A DNA stretch of 56,376 nucleotides from an uncultured Dehalococcoidaceae bacterium. Its GTDB lineage: Bacteria > Chloroflexota > Dehalococcoidia > Dehalococcoidales > RBG-16-60-22. This document shows positions 17,604 through 29,130 of this stretch, in pieces. The notes beneath the pieces are model-generated. The model did not search any database. It had not been told where the DNA came from and saw only the letters and a program-made list of their open reading frames with translations. The position numbers and the translations under genes are program-made. The stretch lies in assembly GCA_964638295.1 (NCBI GenBank), contig CAZWYS010000002.1, positions 1 through 56,376 of the forward strand. The letters run 5' to 3'. The first letter of the stretch is position 1. The number at the start of each line of letters is the position of its first letter.

Positions 17604-19691
17604 GTGGCCAGAAGTTTTCCCCTAGAAAAAATCCGAAATATAGGCATCATTGCCCATATTGACGCCGGTAAGACCACCGTCACGGAACGGATACTCTATT
17701 ATACCGGCCGTACCTACAAGATTGGCGAGGTAGATACCGGTACCGCCGTGATGGACTGGATGGAGCAGGAGCGGGAACGCGGCATTACCATCACCGCGGC
17801 AGCTACCACCTGCTACTGGCAGGACCACCGCATCAATATTATTGATACGCCGGGACACGTTGATTTTACCGCTGAGGTAGAGCGCAGTCTCAGAGTGCTG
17901 GACGGTGGAGTAGTGGTTTTTGACGGCGTGGCCGGAGTTGAGGCGCAATCAGAGACAGTCTGGCGCCAGGCTAACCGATATAGCGTGCCCAGAATCTGCT
18001 TTATCAATAAGATGGACCGAGTCGGTGCTAATTTTAACCGAACCCTGGCTATGATTGAACAGCGCTTAAAGGCCAAGCCTCTTCCGGTACAGCTCCCTTT
18101 AGGTGCTGAAAGCTCCTACGAGGGAATTATTGACCTCGTGGAGAACAAGGCGTGGTACTTTGACGGGAAACCGGATTCAGAGCCACAAGAGATAGTTATC
18201 CCGGACTCGGAACAGGCAAGATGCACTGAACTGCACCAGGCACTGATTGAAAAACTGGCGGAAAGCGATGACCAGATTATGGAAGCCTATCTTGAGGGTA
18301 GTAAAATTACTCCCTCTGAACTAAGAGAAGCCCTGAGGCGGGTAACTTTAGCTAATAAAGGGGTGCCCATCCTCTGCGGCAGTGCCCTGAGGAATAAAGC
18401 TATCCAGCCACTACTTGATGCGATAGTCAGCTATCTGCCCTCTCCGCTGGATATGCCTCCGGTACGGGCTATTGATACCAAGCGGGGAACCGAAATAACC
18501 CGCCCGGCCAGCGATGAAGCCCCCTTTTCGGCACTAGCCTTTAAGGTGGTTGCCGACCCATTTGTCGGCAGATTGGTCTATTTCAGAGTTTACTCCGGCA
18601 GAGTGGAAGTGAGCGGGCAGGTATATAACGCCACCCGGGACAAACGGGAGCGCATCGGGCGCCTGTTACTGATGCATGCCAACCGGCGTGAAGAAGTGGA
18701 TGAGGCTGATACGGGAAGCATTATCGCAACATTAGGCCTCAAGAATACCTTTACGGGCGATACCCTGTGTAGTATTTCGCAACCGCTGTTACTTGAATCC
18801 ATCCGCTTCCCTGAACCGGTGCTATCCATCTCCATTGAGCCCAAAACAAGAGCCGACCAGGACAAAATGGGAGGGGCCTTGCAGAAACTAGCCGAAGAAG
18901 ACCCTACTTTCAAAGTAGCTTACAATCAGGAGACCGGGCAAACGGTGATTTCCGGTATGGGTGAGCTCCACCTAGAAGTCATCGTCAACAGATTAATCAG
19001 TGAGTTTGGGGTATGGGCAAAGGTGGGCAAACCGCGCGTTGCCTATAAGGAGACGATTACCGCGCCAGTGCAAATTGAAAGAAAATTTGTTCGGCAAACA
19101 GGGGGGCATGGCCAATATGGTCACGTCCTTCTTGAGCTTGAGCCTGCGGAGCGCGGCGGCGGCTTTCAATTCGTAGACAGCATTAAAGGCAACACTATAC
19201 CCAAGCAATACATTCCCGCGGTTAAGCTGGGCATTAAAGAAGCAATGGAAACCGGGGTGCTAGCTGGCTATCCGGTAGTTGATATTAAAGCTACCCTTTA
19301 TGATGGTAGTTACCATGATGTTGACTCTTCAGAGCTGGCTTTCAAGATGGCCGGTTCAATGGCATTGAGGGATGGGGTCAAGAAAGCTAAACCTGTCTTT
19401 CTGGAGCCGATTATGAGGCTGGAAGTGGTTACCCCAGAACAATTCCTCGGTGATATTATTGGCGACCTTAATGCCAAGAGAGGACACATTGAGAAGGTCG
19501 AGTCTCAGGGTGAAATGTACGCTATCCACTGCTTCATACCCCTGGCTGAGACCTTCGGCTATCCCACCAGGCTCAGGTCACTTACTCAGGGCAGGGCGAC
19601 CCATTCCCTGGAATTCTTTCAATACAAAGGGCTGCCAGCGGAATTGGTCGACGAAATTACAGGACAGGCGGCAGGTAAAAAAAATGCCTAA
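17604..19691 (+). CDS. fusA: Elongation factor G
   Basis: GTG at 17604 gives the canonical N-terminus (M)[24 protein letters not shown], with GAGG 8 nt upstream. The ORF-track extension to 17532 is not EF-G-like. Confidence 0.95.
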   Translation: MARSFPLEKIRNIGIIAHIDAGKTTVTERILYYTGRTYKIGEVDTGTAVMDWMEQERERGITITAAATTCYWQDHRINIIDTPGHVDFTAEVERSLRVLDGGVVVFDGVAGVEAQSETVWRQANRYSVPRICFINKMDRVGANFNRTLAMIEQRLKAKPLPVQLPLGAESSYEGIIDLVENKAWYFDGKPDSEPQEIVIPDSEQARCTELHQALIEKLAESDDQIMEAYLEGSKITPSELREALRRVTLANKGVPILCGSALRNKAIQPLLDAIVSYLPSPLDMPPVRAIDTKRGTEITRPASDEAPFSALAFKVVADPFVGRLVYFRVYSGRVEVSGQVYNATRDKRERIGRLLLMHANRREEVDEADTGSIIATLGLKNTFTGDTLCSISQPLLLESIRFPEPVLSISIEPKTRADQDKMGGALQKLAEEDPTFKVAYNQETGQTVISGMGELHLEVIVNRLISEFGVWAKVGKPRVAYKETITAPVQIERKFVRQTGGHGQYGHVLLELEPAERGGGFQFVDSIKGNTIPKQYIPAVKLGIKEAMETGVLAGYPVVDIKATLYDGSYHDVDSSELAFKMAGSMALRDGVKKAKPVFLEPIMRLEVVTPEQFLGDIIGDLNAKRGHIEKVESQGEMYAIHCFIPLAETFGYPTRLRSLTQGRATHSLEFFQYKGLPAELVDEITGQAAGKKNA

Positions 19692-19992
19692 GCAGAAGAT
19701 TCGTATCAAGCTGAAGGGCTTTGACCACAAGATAGTTGACCAATCGGCTCTACAAATAGTAGATGCCGTTGAGCGTACCGGAGCCGTCGTGGTTGGACCG
19801 GTACCGCTGCCTACCCATATTCAGAAGTTCAGCGTTATTCGCTCACCGTTTATAGACAAGGACTCACAGGAGCAATTTGAGATTAGAACTCACAAGCGTA
19901 TCATTGATATTGTTGAGACGACCTCCAAAACCATAGACGCCTTAACCAAGTTAAATTTACCCTCAGGGGTTGAAATAGATATCAAGTTATAA
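19684..19992 (+). CDS. rpsJ: 30S ribosomal protein S10
   Basis: [19 protein letters not shown]..., 102 aa. The ATG overlaps the fusA stop by 8 nt. Confidence 0.95.
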   Translation: MPKQKIRIKLKGFDHKIVDQSALQIVDAVERTGAVVVGPVPLPTHIQKFSVIRSPFIDKDSQEQFEIRTHKRIIDIVETTSKTIDALTKLNLPSGVEIDIKL

Positions 19993-20021
19993 AGATAAAC
20001 CACTCTGAGAGAACTAGGGAT

Positions 20022-20645
20022 ATGACGCAAGAGATTATAGGCAAAAAACTGGGTATGTCCCAAATATTCGGGGACGACGGCAAAGTGGCGGCAGTAACTG
20101 CCATTGAGGCTGGGCCATGCGTCATTACCCAGTTAAAAACCGTGGATAAAGATGGCTACAATGCCATTCAGCTTGGCTTTGGTGAAGCCAAGCGACTCAA
20201 GTCTCCCCAGCGAGGGCATCTCAAGGGACTGGGGCAATTTAAGTATTTACGAGAGTTCAGGTTAAATAACGCTAAAGATATTGAGACCGGGCAAAAGATT
20301 GATGTTAGCCTGTTTAAGACCGGCGACCTGGTGGACATCACCGGGGTATCAAAAGGTAAGGGTTTTGCCGGTGTGGTAAAACGCTACCACTTTGCGGGTG
20401 GTCCCAAAACGCACGGGCAGTCTGACCGACACCGTGCCCGGGGTTCTGTGGGCGCCAGTGCCTCTCCCGGCAAAGTATTCAAGGGACTGCGCATGGCGGG
20501 GCATATGGGGAATAAACAGGTGACGGCGCGTAATCTAGAGATATGTGAAGCCGACCCTAACCGCAACCTATTGCTGATTAAGGGAGCGGTACCCGGAGGC
20601 AGGAACGGTTTACTACTGATAAAGAAATCGGGCAGGGGGAAGTAA
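20022..20645 (+). CDS. rplC: 50S ribosomal protein L3
   Basis: 207 aa, IGKKLGMSQIF...; S10-operon order. Confidence 0.97.
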   Translation: MTQEIIGKKLGMSQIFGDDGKVAAVTAIEAGPCVITQLKTVDKDGYNAIQLGFGEAKRLKSPQRGHLKGLGQFKYLREFRLNNAKDIETGQKIDVSLFKTGDLVDITGVSKGKGFAGVVKRYHFAGGPKTHGQSDRHRARGSVGASASPGKVFKGLRMAGHMGNKQVTARNLEICEADPNRNLLLIKGAVPGGRNGLLLIKKSGRGK

Positions 20646-20649
20646 GGAA

Positions 20650-21306
20650 GTGCAGGTTCCAGTCTACAACCTTACCGGGGAAGTGGTCGACCACATTGAA
20701 ATCAACGACTACGTTTTTGCGGTACCATTTAATGAGGGCTTAGTGCATCAGGCGATGGTAAGGCAACTGGCAAATGCCCGCCAGGGAACTGCGTCGACCA
20801 AGACCAGAAGCGAAGTTTCTGGTAGCAGCCGAAAGTTATTTCGTCAGAAAGGTACCGGCAACGCCCGGGCAGGCAGCCGGCGGTCGCCATTGCGCCGTGG
20901 TGGCGGCATTGCTTTCGGCCCAAAGCCAAGGGACTACCGTCAAGCCATGCCGAAAAAGATGCGCCGATTAGCCCTGAGGTGTGTCCTCTCGGCAAAGGCC
21001 AGAGAAGAAGAACTCAAAGTTCTAGAGGAACTGAAAATAGAGGAACCGAAAACGAAGCAGATGATACAAATTTTGACCGCCCTAGGAGTGGATTCCTCAA
21101 CTCTTGTCGTTACCCCCGAGTCGGAGGAAAACGTCATAAAATCAGCTCGCAACCTGAAGAGAATCAAGACAATACCGGTTAATATACTAAATGTCCTTGA
21201 TATCCTCAACCATAAGATGCTATTGATGACAGTAAATGCGGTGCGCAAAGCAGAACAGCTATGGGGTGAGAAATTGGCGGAAGAGGTGAAGCATGCATCT
21301 TTATGA
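20650..21306 (+). CDS. rplD: 50S ribosomal protein L4
   Basis: GTG start, 218 aa, ...KGTGNARAGSRRSPLRRGGG... Confidence 0.95.
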   Translation: MQVPVYNLTGEVVDHIEINDYVFAVPFNEGLVHQAMVRQLANARQGTASTKTRSEVSGSSRKLFRQKGTGNARAGSRRSPLRRGGGIAFGPKPRDYRQAMPKKMRRLALRCVLSAKAREEELKVLEELKIEEPKTKQMIQILTALGVDSSTLVVTPESEENVIKSARNLKRIKTIPVNILNVLDILNHKMLLMTVNAVRKAEQLWGEKLAEEVKHASL

Positions 21307-21577
21307 GGTATTGCGCCGGCCGCTAATAACCGAGAAGAATACCTTGCTGCAAGCGCAAAATAAATATGTATTTGAAGTAGCTAAAGAGTCCAACAAGCCA
21401 CAGATCAAGCAGGCTGTAGAAAAGGCATTTAAGGTCAAGGTGACTGCGGTTAACGTGACCTCAGTATCTGGTAAGACAAGAAGAGTGGGTAGAAGGGTGA
21501 TTTTAACTCAACCCTGGAAAAAGGCAGTGGTCACCCTCAGGCCAGGAAATAAGATAGAATTCTTTGAAGGGGTCTAG
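21293..21577 (+). CDS. rplW: 50S ribosomal protein L23
   Basis: 94 aa, LRRPLITEK...; overlaps the rplD end. Confidence 0.95.
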   Translation: MHLYEVLRRPLITEKNTLLQAQNKYVFEVAKESNKPQIKQAVEKAFKVKVTAVNVTSVSGKTRRVGRRVILTQPWKKAVVTLRPGNKIEFFEGV

Positions 21578-21599
21578 ACTTTATGAAGGGGGAAACTGA

Positions 21600-22430
21600 G
21601 TGGCATTAAAGGTATATCGACCAACCTCTCCCGGCAGACGGGGGATGAGTGGCTCTACATTTGAAGAAATAACCAGAGGTAAGCCGGAGAAATCACTGGT
21701 CCTGCCGTTGAAGAAGCGGGGCGGACGTAACAATCAAGGCAGAATTACCGTTCGCCATCGGGGTGGTGGTGTGAAGCGCAGGATACGCATTATTGACTTC
21801 AAACGTGATAAAGTGGGTATTCCAGCCAGAGTGGCGTCGATTGAATATGACCCCAACCGCTCGGCACGCATCGCCCTTCTTTATTACGTTGATGGCGAAA
21901 AACGCTATATACTTGCCCCGATGGGACTCAATATCGGGGATACTATACTAGCCGGCAGCGATGCTGAAGTAAAGCCAGGAAATGCTTTGCCTTTAAGGCT
22001 AATTCCGACTGGCACTCTAATCCATAACATTGAGTTGAACAAGGGGAAAGGCGGGCAACTGGTAAGGAGCGCCGGGACCGCCGCACAGCTAATGGTAAAG
22101 GAAGGTGAATATGCCCTAGTCCGCCTGGCATCCGGTGAGATGCGGCGTATTCGCAGCGATTGCCTGGCGACCATCGGTCAGGTGGGGAATGTTGACCATC
22201 AAAACATTGAGTTGGGCAAGGCGGGGCGTAAGCGTTTAATGGGTTGGCGACCAACTGTAAGGGGGTCAGCAATGTCACCACGCGACCACCCTCATGGTGG
22301 CGGTGAAGGCAGAAGCCCGATAGGCATGCCGGGACCGAAAACGCCCTGGGGCAAACCAGCGCTGGGGTATCGAACCCGCAAGCCAAAAGCTTCCGATAAG
22401 TTGATAGTCAAACGTAAAAAAGGTAAATAG
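21600..22430 (+). CDS. rplB: 50S ribosomal protein L2
   Basis: GTG start, 276 aa, ...YRPTSPGRR...[13 protein letters not shown]... Confidence 0.97.
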   Translation: MALKVYRPTSPGRRGMSGSTFEEITRGKPEKSLVLPLKKRGGRNNQGRITVRHRGGGVKRRIRIIDFKRDKVGIPARVASIEYDPNRSARIALLYYVDGEKRYILAPMGLNIGDTILAGSDAEVKPGNALPLRLIPTGTLIHNIELNKGKGGQLVRSAGTAAQLMVKEGEYALVRLASGEMRRIRSDCLATIGQVGNVDHQNIELGKAGRKRLMGWRPTVRGSAMSPRDHPHGGGEGRSPIGMPGPKTPWGKPALGYRTRKPKASDKLIVKRKKGK

Positions 22431-22439
22431 AGGTAAGAA

Positions 22440-22730
22440 ATGTCAAGGTCGGTTAAGAAGGGGCCATTTATTGACGCCAAACTGCTCAAAAAGGTAGAGG
22501 CGGTTATCAGGTCCGGTCAGAAGGCCGTTATCAAAACCTGGGCACGCTCATCCACCATCCTGCCCCAGATGGTAGGGCTTACTGTTGGCGTACACGATGG
22601 CCGGAGGCATGTGCCTATTTTTATCACCGAAAATATGGTGGGACATAAATTAGGTGAGTTTGCTCTAACTCGAACCTTTAGAGGACACGCCGGTAGGTCG
22701 GAAAGAACCTCTCAGGTAAAGCAACGATAG
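22440..22730 (+). CDS. rpsS: 30S ribosomal protein S19
   Basis: 96 aa, [12 protein letters not shown]... Confidence 0.97.
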   Translation: MSRSVKKGPFIDAKLLKKVEAVIRSGQKAVIKTWARSSTILPQMVGLTVGVHDGRRHVPIFITENMVGHKLGEFALTRTFRGHAGRSERTSQVKQR

Positions 22731-22763
22731 GTTCAGGGTTACTTAGTTCAAGCAGGTTATAAA

Positions 22764-23102
22764 ATGGAAGTAAGAGCAGTAGTTAAAAACACTGGTATAC
22801 CAGCGAGCAAGGTACGCCCGCTAGTAGATATGGTGCGAGGTAAGAAGGTGGATGACGCATTGACCATGCTCAAATTTGCCCCGACACCAAATGCCCGGTT
22901 TGTCGCCAAAGTGGTGAAATCAGCGGCGGCAAATGCCGAGAATAATTTTCAAATGATACCATCGGACTTAAAAATTATTAGAATTTTCGCTGACGAGGCG
23001 CAAACACTGAAGAGGTTTCGTCCCGCGGCTCGAGGGCGAGTTAACCGTATTCGCCGACGTTCCAGTCATATTACAGTTATTGTTGCTGACCAGGAGGGAT
23101 AA
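22764..23102 (+). CDS. rplV: 50S ribosomal protein L22
   Basis: 112 aa; position and sequence typical of L22. Confidence 0.95.
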   Translation: MEVRAVVKNTGIPASKVRPLVDMVRGKKVDDALTMLKFAPTPNARFVAKVVKSAAANAENNFQMIPSDLKIIRIFADEAQTLKRFRPAARGRVNRIRRRSSHITVIVADQEG

Positions 23103-24221
23103 TTGGGTCGTAAGGTTCATCCGCTAGGTTTTAGACTTGGTGTCATACAGGACTGGCAAGCAAAATGGTATGCCGATACGCATTATGCCGAGTCATTGCA
23201 TGAAGATTTGAAGCTTCGGCAGGCTATCCAATCCAAGTATGCCGATGCGGCTATCTCTTTGGTGGAGATTGACCACCAGGCCAAGGAGATTTCAGTAAGC
23301 ATACACACTGCCCGTCCGGGTATTGTCATCGGCCGGGGAGGACAGCGCGTTGACGAACTGAGCTCTCACCTTGAGAAATTAATTGGCAAGAGAGTTAGAC
23401 TGAATATCCAGGAGATTCGGCAGCCCGAACTTGATGCTAATTTGGTCGCCAAGACAATAGCGGAACAGATTCAGCGCCGCATTGCTTACCGCAGGGCAAT
23501 GAAACAGGCGATTTTCCGCACTATGCAGGCCGGGGCTAAAGGAGTAAGAGTCAGTTGTGCCGGTAGATTGGGCGATTCTGAGATAGCCCGCCGTCAGACC
23601 ATGCATGAGGGGCAAGTACCCCTGCATACCTTGCGGGCTGATATTGATTATGGTTTTACCGAGGCACACACCACCCTGGGCCGAATTGGAGTAAAAGTCT
23701 GGATATATAAAGGTGAAATCCTTCCCGAACCGAAGAGACCAGAAATTGAGGAAATGCCTGCCGAGGTGGCCGTCGGTGAAACGGCTGAGGCAGAGCTCCC
23801 TATTGCCGCCGAACCAGCAGAAAAACCGACTGAGCCAGTAGCTATGGAAACTGTTGAGGTAGCGGCTGAAACGAAAACAGAAGAGAAACCAGCCAAACCA
23901 GCAACCAGAAGAAGGAAAGAAAAGAAATTAGCTGAACCAGTAGCTGAAGAGACTGCCGTAGCAGCGGCTGAAGTGGCAGCTGAAACGAAAACAGAAGAGA
24001 AACCAGCCAAACCGGCAACCAGAAGAAGGAAAAAGGTAGTCGCTCCAGCAGAACGAGAGGAGAAGCCAACGGCCCCGGAACCTGCTGAAGCAAAAGTGGA
24101 AGAGAAAGTGGCCGAAAAACCGGCTAAGCCAGCGAGGAAAAGGAGCAAAAAGGCAACAAAAGCTACCGAGGCTGAAACCGAGACACTAACCGGGAAAGAG
24201 AAAGAAGATGCTGCAACCTAA
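23103..24221 (+). CDS. rpsC: 30S ribosomal protein S3 with a C-terminal extension of about 165 aa
   Basis: TTG start directly after the rplV stop. (M)[12 protein letters not shown]..., KH domain GRGG. Core ends near aa 207 of 372. Confidence 0.95.
   Translation: MGRKVHPLGFRLGVIQDWQAKWYADTHYAESLHEDLKLRQAIQSKYADAAISLVEIDHQAKEISVSIHTARPGIVIGRGGQRVDELSSHLEKLIGKRVRLNIQEIRQPELDANLVAKTIAEQIQRRIAYRRAMKQAIFRTMQAGAKGVRVSCAGRLGDSEIARRQTMHEGQVPLHTLRADIDYGFTEAHTTLGRIGVKVWIYKGEILPEPKRPEIEEMPAEVAVGETAEAELPIAAEPAEKPTEPVAMETVEVAAETKTEEKPAKPATRRRKEKKLAEPVAEETAVAAAEVAAETKTEEKPAKPATRRRKKVVAPAEREEKPTAPEPAEAKVEEKVAEKPAKPARKRSKKATKATEAETETLTGKEKEDAAT
23865..24032 (+). repeat. Direct 54-nt repeat inside the rpsC tail; copies at 23865-23918 and 23979-24032
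   Basis: GCTGAAACGAAAACAGAAGAGAAACCAGCCAAACC(A/G)GCAACCAGAAGAAGGAAA occurs twice with one mismatch at a period of 114 nt. It encodes [21 protein letters not shown] twice. Confidence 0.85.
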
Positions 24222-24675
24222 ACGGGTAAAATATCGCAAGACACATAAAGGACACCGCCGGGGTAATGCCCAGGCGGGTAATACCGCTCTTTTTGGTGAT
24301 TATGGTCTGCAAGCACTGCAATCGGTCTGGCTTACCAGTGAACAGATTGAAGCGGCAAGGCGTGCTATTACTCATCATATTCGCCGTGGTGGCAAGGTGT
24401 GGATACGTGTTTTCCCGGATAAACCGGTTACCAAAAAGCCGGCGGAAACCCGTATGGGCAGTGGCAAAGGTAGCCCGGACCACTGGGTAGCTGTGGTCAA
24501 GGCAGGGAGAATCTTATTTGAGATGGCGGGTGTTGATGAGAAAACAGCCAAAGAGGCAATACGCCTCGCTTCGCACAAGCTCCCCATACCTACCAGATTT
24601 TTTGTAAGGGAAACCAGCCGAGCCAGTAGCGGTGATTCCAGTAAAAGGGAGTTAGCCAAAGTTGAAGTTAGATGA
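24208..24675 (+). CDS. rplP: 50S ribosomal protein L16
   Basis: 155 aa, [11 protein letters not shown]...; overlaps the rpsC end by 14 nt. Confidence 0.97.
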   Translation: MLQPKRVKYRKTHKGHRRGNAQAGNTALFGDYGLQALQSVWLTSEQIEAARRAITHHIRRGGKVWIRVFPDKPVTKKPAETRMGSGKGSPDHWVAVVKAGRILFEMAGVDEKTAKEAIRLASHKLPIPTRFFVRETSRASSGDSSKRELAKVEVR

Positions 24676-24859
24676 ATTTCGTGCCCTAGAGCAGGGAGAA
24701 CTGGCCAAGCAACTGGAGGAAGCTCATCAGGAGCTACTTAACCTCCGCTTTCGCCTGTCTACCAGGCAGCTGGTAAACCATCGTGAACTGCTTACGGTAA
24801 AGAGAAAAATCGCTCGCCTCAAGACAATCATGAGGGAAAAAGAACTGGGCATAAGGTAG
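24662..24859 (+). CDS. rpmC: 50S ribosomal protein L29
   Basis: TTG start, 65 aa; position conserved. Confidence 0.9.
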   Translation: MKLDEFRALEQGELAKQLEEAHQELLNLRFRLSTRQLVNHRELLTVKRKIARLKTIMREKELGIR

Positions 24860-24863
24860 CAGT

Positions 24864-25145
24864 ATGAAAGAAAGACGTAAAATCAGATTTGGTCGCGTGG
24901 TTAATAACCGAATGGATAAGACGGTGGTGGTAGCCGTAGAAACACCCAAGCGTTATCCCATATATAAAAAGACGGTTAACAGAGCGGTTAAGTATAAGGC
25001 TCATGATGAAAAAAATGAGTGTCAGATAGGAGACCTGGTAAAAATTACGGAAACTCGCCCGCTCTCCAGACACAAGCAGTGGCGGGTCGCTGAGATAATA
25101 ACCAAGGGAGAAATAGCCGAGATTCAACCTCAAGAAATAAGCTAA
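24864..25145 (+). CDS. rpsQ: 30S ribosomal protein S17
   Basis: 93 aa, ...[14 protein letters not shown]... Confidence 0.95.
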   Translation: MKERRKIRFGRVVNNRMDKTVVVAVETPKRYPIYKKTVNRAVKYKAHDEKNECQIGDLVKITETRPLSRHKQWRVAEIITKGEIAEIQPQEIS

Positions 25146-25164
25146 GATTTCAGGACATGTAGAT

Positions 25165-25533
25165 ATGATTCAAACTTACACCAGACTTAAAACAGCCGAT
25201 AATACTGGCGCTCGAGAAATTATGTGTATTAATGTATTGGGTGGCACGCGGAAAAGATACGCTCGAGTGGGCGACATCATTGTCGCTTCCGTTAAAAAAG
25301 CCATCCCGGGAGCTACCACGAAAAAGGGAGACGTGGTCAGGGCAGTCATTGTTCGCACGGCTCAGCCTTACCAGCGTCCCGATGGCTCCTACATCAGGTT
25401 TGATGAGAATGCGGCGGTGATTCTTACTGATAAGAATAATCCGAGGGGAACCCGAATCTTCGGCCCGGTAGCCAGGGAACTGAGAGACAAGGATTTTATC
25501 AAGATTATCTCCCTGGCACCGGAAGTGCTGTGA
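25165..25533 (+). CDS. rplN: 50S ribosomal protein L14
   Basis: 122 aa, [19 protein letters not shown]... Confidence 0.97.
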   Translation: MIQTYTRLKTADNTGAREIMCINVLGGTRKRYARVGDIIVASVKKAIPGATTKKGDVVRAVIVRTAQPYQRPDGSYIRFDENAAVILTDKNNPRGTRIFGPVARELRDKDFIKIISLAPEVL

Positions 25534-25545
25534 GGTTAGCTGGTT

Positions 25546-25857
25546 ATGAATATTAGAAAAAACGATACGGTGCTCGTTATTGCCGGTAAGGATAAAGGCA
25601 AAAAAGGCAAGGTACGCTTCGCCTACCCTAAGAAGGAAGTGATAATCGTTGAAGGGATTAATTTTATCAAAAAGCACTCTAGAGCCCAGGGGCAGGTCAA
25701 GCAAGCCGGCATAATAGATTTGGAAGCACCAATCCGTGTCTCAAACGTCATGCTGTTTTGCCAGAAATGTAACCGCCCTACCCGTATCGGCTTTACTTTC
25801 CTAGAGGATGGTAGAAAGGTCAGAATTTGCCGCTCCTGCAAAGAGGTAATTGACTAG
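25546..25857 (+). CDS. rplX: 50S ribosomal protein L24, with a C-terminal CxxC...CxxC
   Basis: 103 aa, KNDTVLVIAGKDKGKKGKV...; CQKC and CRSC. Confidence 0.95.
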   Translation: MNIRKNDTVLVIAGKDKGKKGKVRFAYPKKEVIIVEGINFIKKHSRAQGQVKQAGIIDLEAPIRVSNVMLFCQKCNRPTRIGFTFLEDGRKVRICRSCKEVID

Positions 25858-26409
25858 ATGTCACGCTTGAAGGAACGATATAAAAAAGAGGTTGTTCCTA
25901 CCCTGTTGGAACGTTATGGCTATAAAAACATAATGCAGGTACCGCGTTTGGAAAAGGTGGTACTTAACATCGGCTTGGGCGAGGCGATTCAGAATGCCAA
26001 AGCTCTTGAAGCCGCCGAAGGCGAACTAGCCGCAATTTCGGGGCAGCATCCGGTGATTACCCGCGCCAAGAAATCTATCGCTGCCTTCAGGTTGAGAGAG
26101 GGGATGCCTATCGGGCTAAAGGTTACCCTGCGGGGAGAACGTATGCATCAATTTCTGGACAAGCTGATGAATGCTGTCTTACCCCGGGTGCGTGAGTTTC
26201 AGGGGGTTCCCCCGAACTCCTTTGATGGCCAGGGCAACTACACCCTGGGACTCAGAGAGCAAATCTTTTTCCCGGAAATAGATTATGACAGGATAGACAA
26301 GATACGAGGACTAGAGATATCAATTGCCACTACCGCCAAGACAGGTGAGGAAGGCAGGCATTTGCTGGAACTACTCGGCATGCCTTTCGCCAAGGATGAA
26401 ACGGAGTAA
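25858..26409 (+). CDS. rplE: 50S ribosomal protein L5
   Basis: 183 aa, [14 protein letters not shown]... Confidence 0.97.
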   Translation: MSRLKERYKKEVVPTLLERYGYKNIMQVPRLEKVVLNIGLGEAIQNAKALEAAEGELAAISGQHPVITRAKKSIAAFRLREGMPIGLKVTLRGERMHQFLDKLMNAVLPRVREFQGVPPNSFDGQGNYTLGLREQIFFPEIDYDRIDKIRGLEISIATTAKTGEEGRHLLELLGMPFAKDETE

Positions 26410-26411
26410 GT

Positions 26412-26597
26412 ATGGCTAAAAAATCAATGATTGTAAAATCGGAACGTCCCGCCAAATACAGGGTGCAACAGTATCATCGGTGTTTCGTTTGTGGGCGCCC
26501 TCGTGCCTATATTCGTAAATTTGGCTTGTGCCGCATCTGTTTTCGCAAGCTGGCTTTGGCCGGTCAACTTCCGGGGGTAAGAAAATCAAGCTGGTAA
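26412..26597 (+). CDS. rpsN: 30S ribosomal protein S14 type Z (zinc form)
   Basis: 61 aa with CFVC...CRIC. Confidence 0.95.
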   Translation: MAKKSMIVKSERPAKYRVQQYHRCFVCGRPRAYIRKFGLCRICFRKLALAGQLPGVRKSSW

Positions 26598-26612
26598 AGG
26601 ATAAAAATAGAT

Positions 26613-27011
26613 ATGAGTGTATCTGACCCAATAGCTGATATGCTAACTCGAATACGCAATGCCACTATGGCTAAACATGATTATGTCCTGGTACCAGCCT
26701 CAAGGATAAAGCTCTCAATTGCCCGAATCCTCAAGGAGGAGAGCTTCGTTAATGATTATGAGGTGCTTAGAGGTAAGCCACACCGGGTAATTAAAATCTA
26801 CCTTAAATATAATGACCATAAACAGTCAGTTATTTTCGGGCTGGAAAAAGTAAGTAAGCCCGGCTTAAGGGTATACGTTCAGCAGAAAGAAATCCCGCGT
26901 GTTTATGGCGGTTTAGGTATTGCTATTATTTCTACCTCCAAAGGGGTAAAAACGGGACATCAGGCCTGGCGCCAGGGAATCGGCGGTGAACTTTTATGCT
27001 TTATATGGTAA
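26613..27011 (+). CDS. rpsH: 30S ribosomal protein S8
   Basis: 132 aa, [14 protein letters not shown]... Confidence 0.97.
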   Translation: MSVSDPIADMLTRIRNATMAKHDYVLVPASRIKLSIARILKEESFVNDYEVLRGKPHRVIKIYLKYNDHKQSVIFGLEKVSKPGLRVYVQQKEIPRVYGGLGIAIISTSKGVKTGHQAWRQGIGGELLCFIW

Positions 27012-27033
27012 GTCAGGCGCGGAGTTATAGATT

Positions 27034-27582
27034 ATGTCCAGAATAGGAAGAATGCCAATAACCGTGCCGTCAGGAGTGACGGTAAGTGTTAAAAAGGACA
27101 AGGTTACGGCAACCGGGCCCAAAGGGGAGCTCAGCCGCGCTTTTCACCCGGACATGTCCATCAATCAGCACGATAACACCTTAATCGTGTCACGCCCCAG
27201 CGATAATAAGGAACATCGCTCCATGCACGGGCTGACACGAAGCCTCCTGGCTAATATGGTGACCGGGGTAAGCAGCGGCTTTGATAAGTATCTGGAAATA
27301 GTTGGGGTGGGTTACCGAGCCGAAAAAACCGGGGATAACCTGACTCTCCGCATTGGCTATTCACACCCGGTTGAGGTATCCCCGCTGCCCGGTACCTCTT
27401 TCGCCGTAGAGGGAACCCGGATTAAGGTTTCCGGAATTGATAAGGAAGTAGTCGGCGAGATGGCAGCGAGAATCCGGCAGATTCGTCCCCCCGATGCCTA
27501 TAAAGGTAAAGGCATTAGATACGCCGGAGAGAAAGTCCACCTCAAGCCAGGTAAAGCCGGTAAAGTGGTAGGTAAGAAGTAA
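27034..27582 (+). CDS. rplF: 50S ribosomal protein L6
   Basis: 182 aa, [15 protein letters not shown]... Confidence 0.97.
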   Translation: MSRIGRMPITVPSGVTVSVKKDKVTATGPKGELSRAFHPDMSINQHDNTLIVSRPSDNKEHRSMHGLTRSLLANMVTGVSSGFDKYLEIVGVGYRAEKTGDNLTLRIGYSHPVEVSPLPGTSFAVEGTRIKVSGIDKEVVGEMAARIRQIRPPDAYKGKGIRYAGEKVHLKPGKAGKVVGKK

Positions 27583-27584
27583 CC

Positions 27585-27950
27585 ATGGGAAAGAGTAAGC
27601 CAAGATTAGCCCGTTACAGGAGACATGCTCGCGTCAGGCTAAAGGTGAAGGGCACAGCCTTGAGGCCTCGTCTGTGTGTCTTCCGCAGTCTGAACCATGT
27701 CTACGCTCAAGTTATTGATGACTCACAGGGGCACACCATGGTCTCAGCTTCAACTCTTGACCCCGAAATAAGAACTGAAACCAATGGCAAAGCCAAGGCA
27801 AGTAAAAGTGAGCTTGTTGGCACTATGATAGCGAAACGAGCCCTGGGTAAAGGAGTAAACCAGGTGACCTTCGACCGCGGTGGCTATAAATATCACGGCC
27901 GGATTAAAGCCCTCGCTGAGGCGGCTCGACAAGGTGGATTAAAATTCTGA
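27585..27950 (+). CDS. rplR: 50S ribosomal protein L18
   Basis: 121 aa, ...[20 protein letters not shown]... Confidence 0.95.
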   Translation: MGKSKPRLARYRRHARVRLKVKGTALRPRLCVFRSLNHVYAQVIDDSQGHTMVSASTLDPEIRTETNGKAKASKSELVGTMIAKRALGKGVNQVTFDRGGYKYHGRIKALAEAARQGGLKF

Positions 27951-27970
27951 AAGAGACGGCTTGAAATCTT

Positions 27971-28495
27971 ATGAATAAGGCAATAAGCAAGATAGATACA
28001 ACCGACCTGGTCCTGACCGATAAACTAATCAATATCAATCGCGTGGCCAAGGTAATGAAAGGCGGGAAACGACTAAGGTTCAGCGCCCTGGTGACAACCG
28101 GGGATGGTAACGGACACGTCGGCCTCGGCATCGGCAAAGCTAATGAAGTGCCCGCGGCGATAAATAAAGGCGGGGCGGCGGCCAGAAAGAATCTAATCAA
28201 AGTACCGATTACCGGGACTACTATCCCGCATGAAATGACCGTTAGCTTCGGGGCCGCCAGGGTGATGCTTAAACCAGCGGCGCCAGGTACCGGTGTTATT
28301 GCTGGTGGCAGCATTCGTGCTGTTCTTGAAGCCTGCGGCGTCAAGGATATTCTGACTAAATCTCTGGGGAGTTCCAACCAAATTAATGTCGCCAAGGCAA
28401 CCATGCTTGCCCTCAGCCAGCTCAGAGACCCAAAAGAAGAGGTAGCCAAACGAAAGGCAACCATCAGCGAAGAGGAGGCGGTAACCAGTGGCTAA
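27971..28495 (+). CDS. rpsE: 30S ribosomal protein S5
   Basis: 174 aa, ...[30 protein letters not shown]... Confidence 0.97.
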   Translation: MNKAISKIDTTDLVLTDKLININRVAKVMKGGKRLRFSALVTTGDGNGHVGLGIGKANEVPAAINKGGAAARKNLIKVPITGTTIPHEMTVSFGAARVMLKPAAPGTGVIAGGSIRAVLEACGVKDILTKSLGSSNQINVAKATMLALSQLRDPKEEVAKRKATISEEEAVTSG

Positions 28496-28679
28496 ACTGC
28501 TTGTCACCTGGGTTAAAAGTGGCATTGGCTATAATGAAAGGCAAAAGAAAACCTTAACCGCCCTTGGTTTTCACCGACTAAATCAGAGTGTCACCCACAA
28601 TGATTCGCTGGCAATCAGGGGAATGATTAATAAAGTTAGACATCTAGTCAAGGTGGAGGAAGCAAGTGAGGCAGGATAA
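28488..28679 (+). CDS. rpmD: 50S ribosomal protein L30
   Basis: 63 aa; position and sequence typical. Confidence 0.9.
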   Translation: MAKLLVTWVKSGIGYNERQKKTLTALGFHRLNQSVTHNDSLAIRGMINKVRHLVKVEEASEAG

Positions 28680-29130
28680 CCTATCGCCAACACCAGGCTC
28701 GAAACGGGCCAGGAAACGCGTGGGACGAGGAAATGGCAGTGGCCACGGTACCTATTCCGGACGGGGTTTGAAGGGACAGAAGTCACGTTCCGGTTACAAA
28801 GTACGTCCCGGCTTTCAAGGCGGTCAGCTACCTCTAATCAAAAGTCTGCCCAAAAAGCGTGGCTTTGTCAACATCTTCCGGATAGAGTACAGCGTCGTTA
28901 ATGTAGATAAACTTAATGTCTTTGAATCTGGAAGCGAGGTAACACCAGAAAAACTACTAGCTGCCGGATTGGTAAAATCTTTACGGCAGCCAATCAAGAT
29001 TCTGGCTAATGGTGACATCAATAACCCCTTCGTGGTCAAGGCAAACAAGTTTTCCGCCGCCGCTAAAGCCAAGATAGAGGCAGCCGGGGGTAAAGCTGAA
29101 GAGGTGGAGTATGCGGCCAAGGCAAAGTAA
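28666..29130 (+). CDS. rplO: 50S ribosomal protein L15
   Basis: GTG start, 154 aa, ...[20 protein letters not shown]... Confidence 0.95.
   Translation: MRQDNLSPTPGSKRARKRVGRGNGSGHGTYSGRGLKGQKSRSGYKVRPGFQGGQLPLIKSLPKKRGFVNIFRIEYSVVNVDKLNVFESGSEVTPEKLLAAGLVKSLRQPIKILANGDINNPFVVKANKFSAAAKAKIEAAGGKAEEVEYAAKAK

Noticed and set aside
23648-24148. 166-aa and 83-aa minus-strand ORFs opposite the S3 tail
   Set aside because: The repeat-rich GAA/AAA/GCN sequence has no stops on the complementary strand. These are artefacts of the low-complexity tail.
25150-28464. Antisense ORFs of 184 aa (25150-25704) and 186 aa (27904-28464) inside the ribosomal cluster
   Set aside because: They are opposite rplN/rplX and rpsE, whose identities are unambiguous. 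There is no start context or domain.
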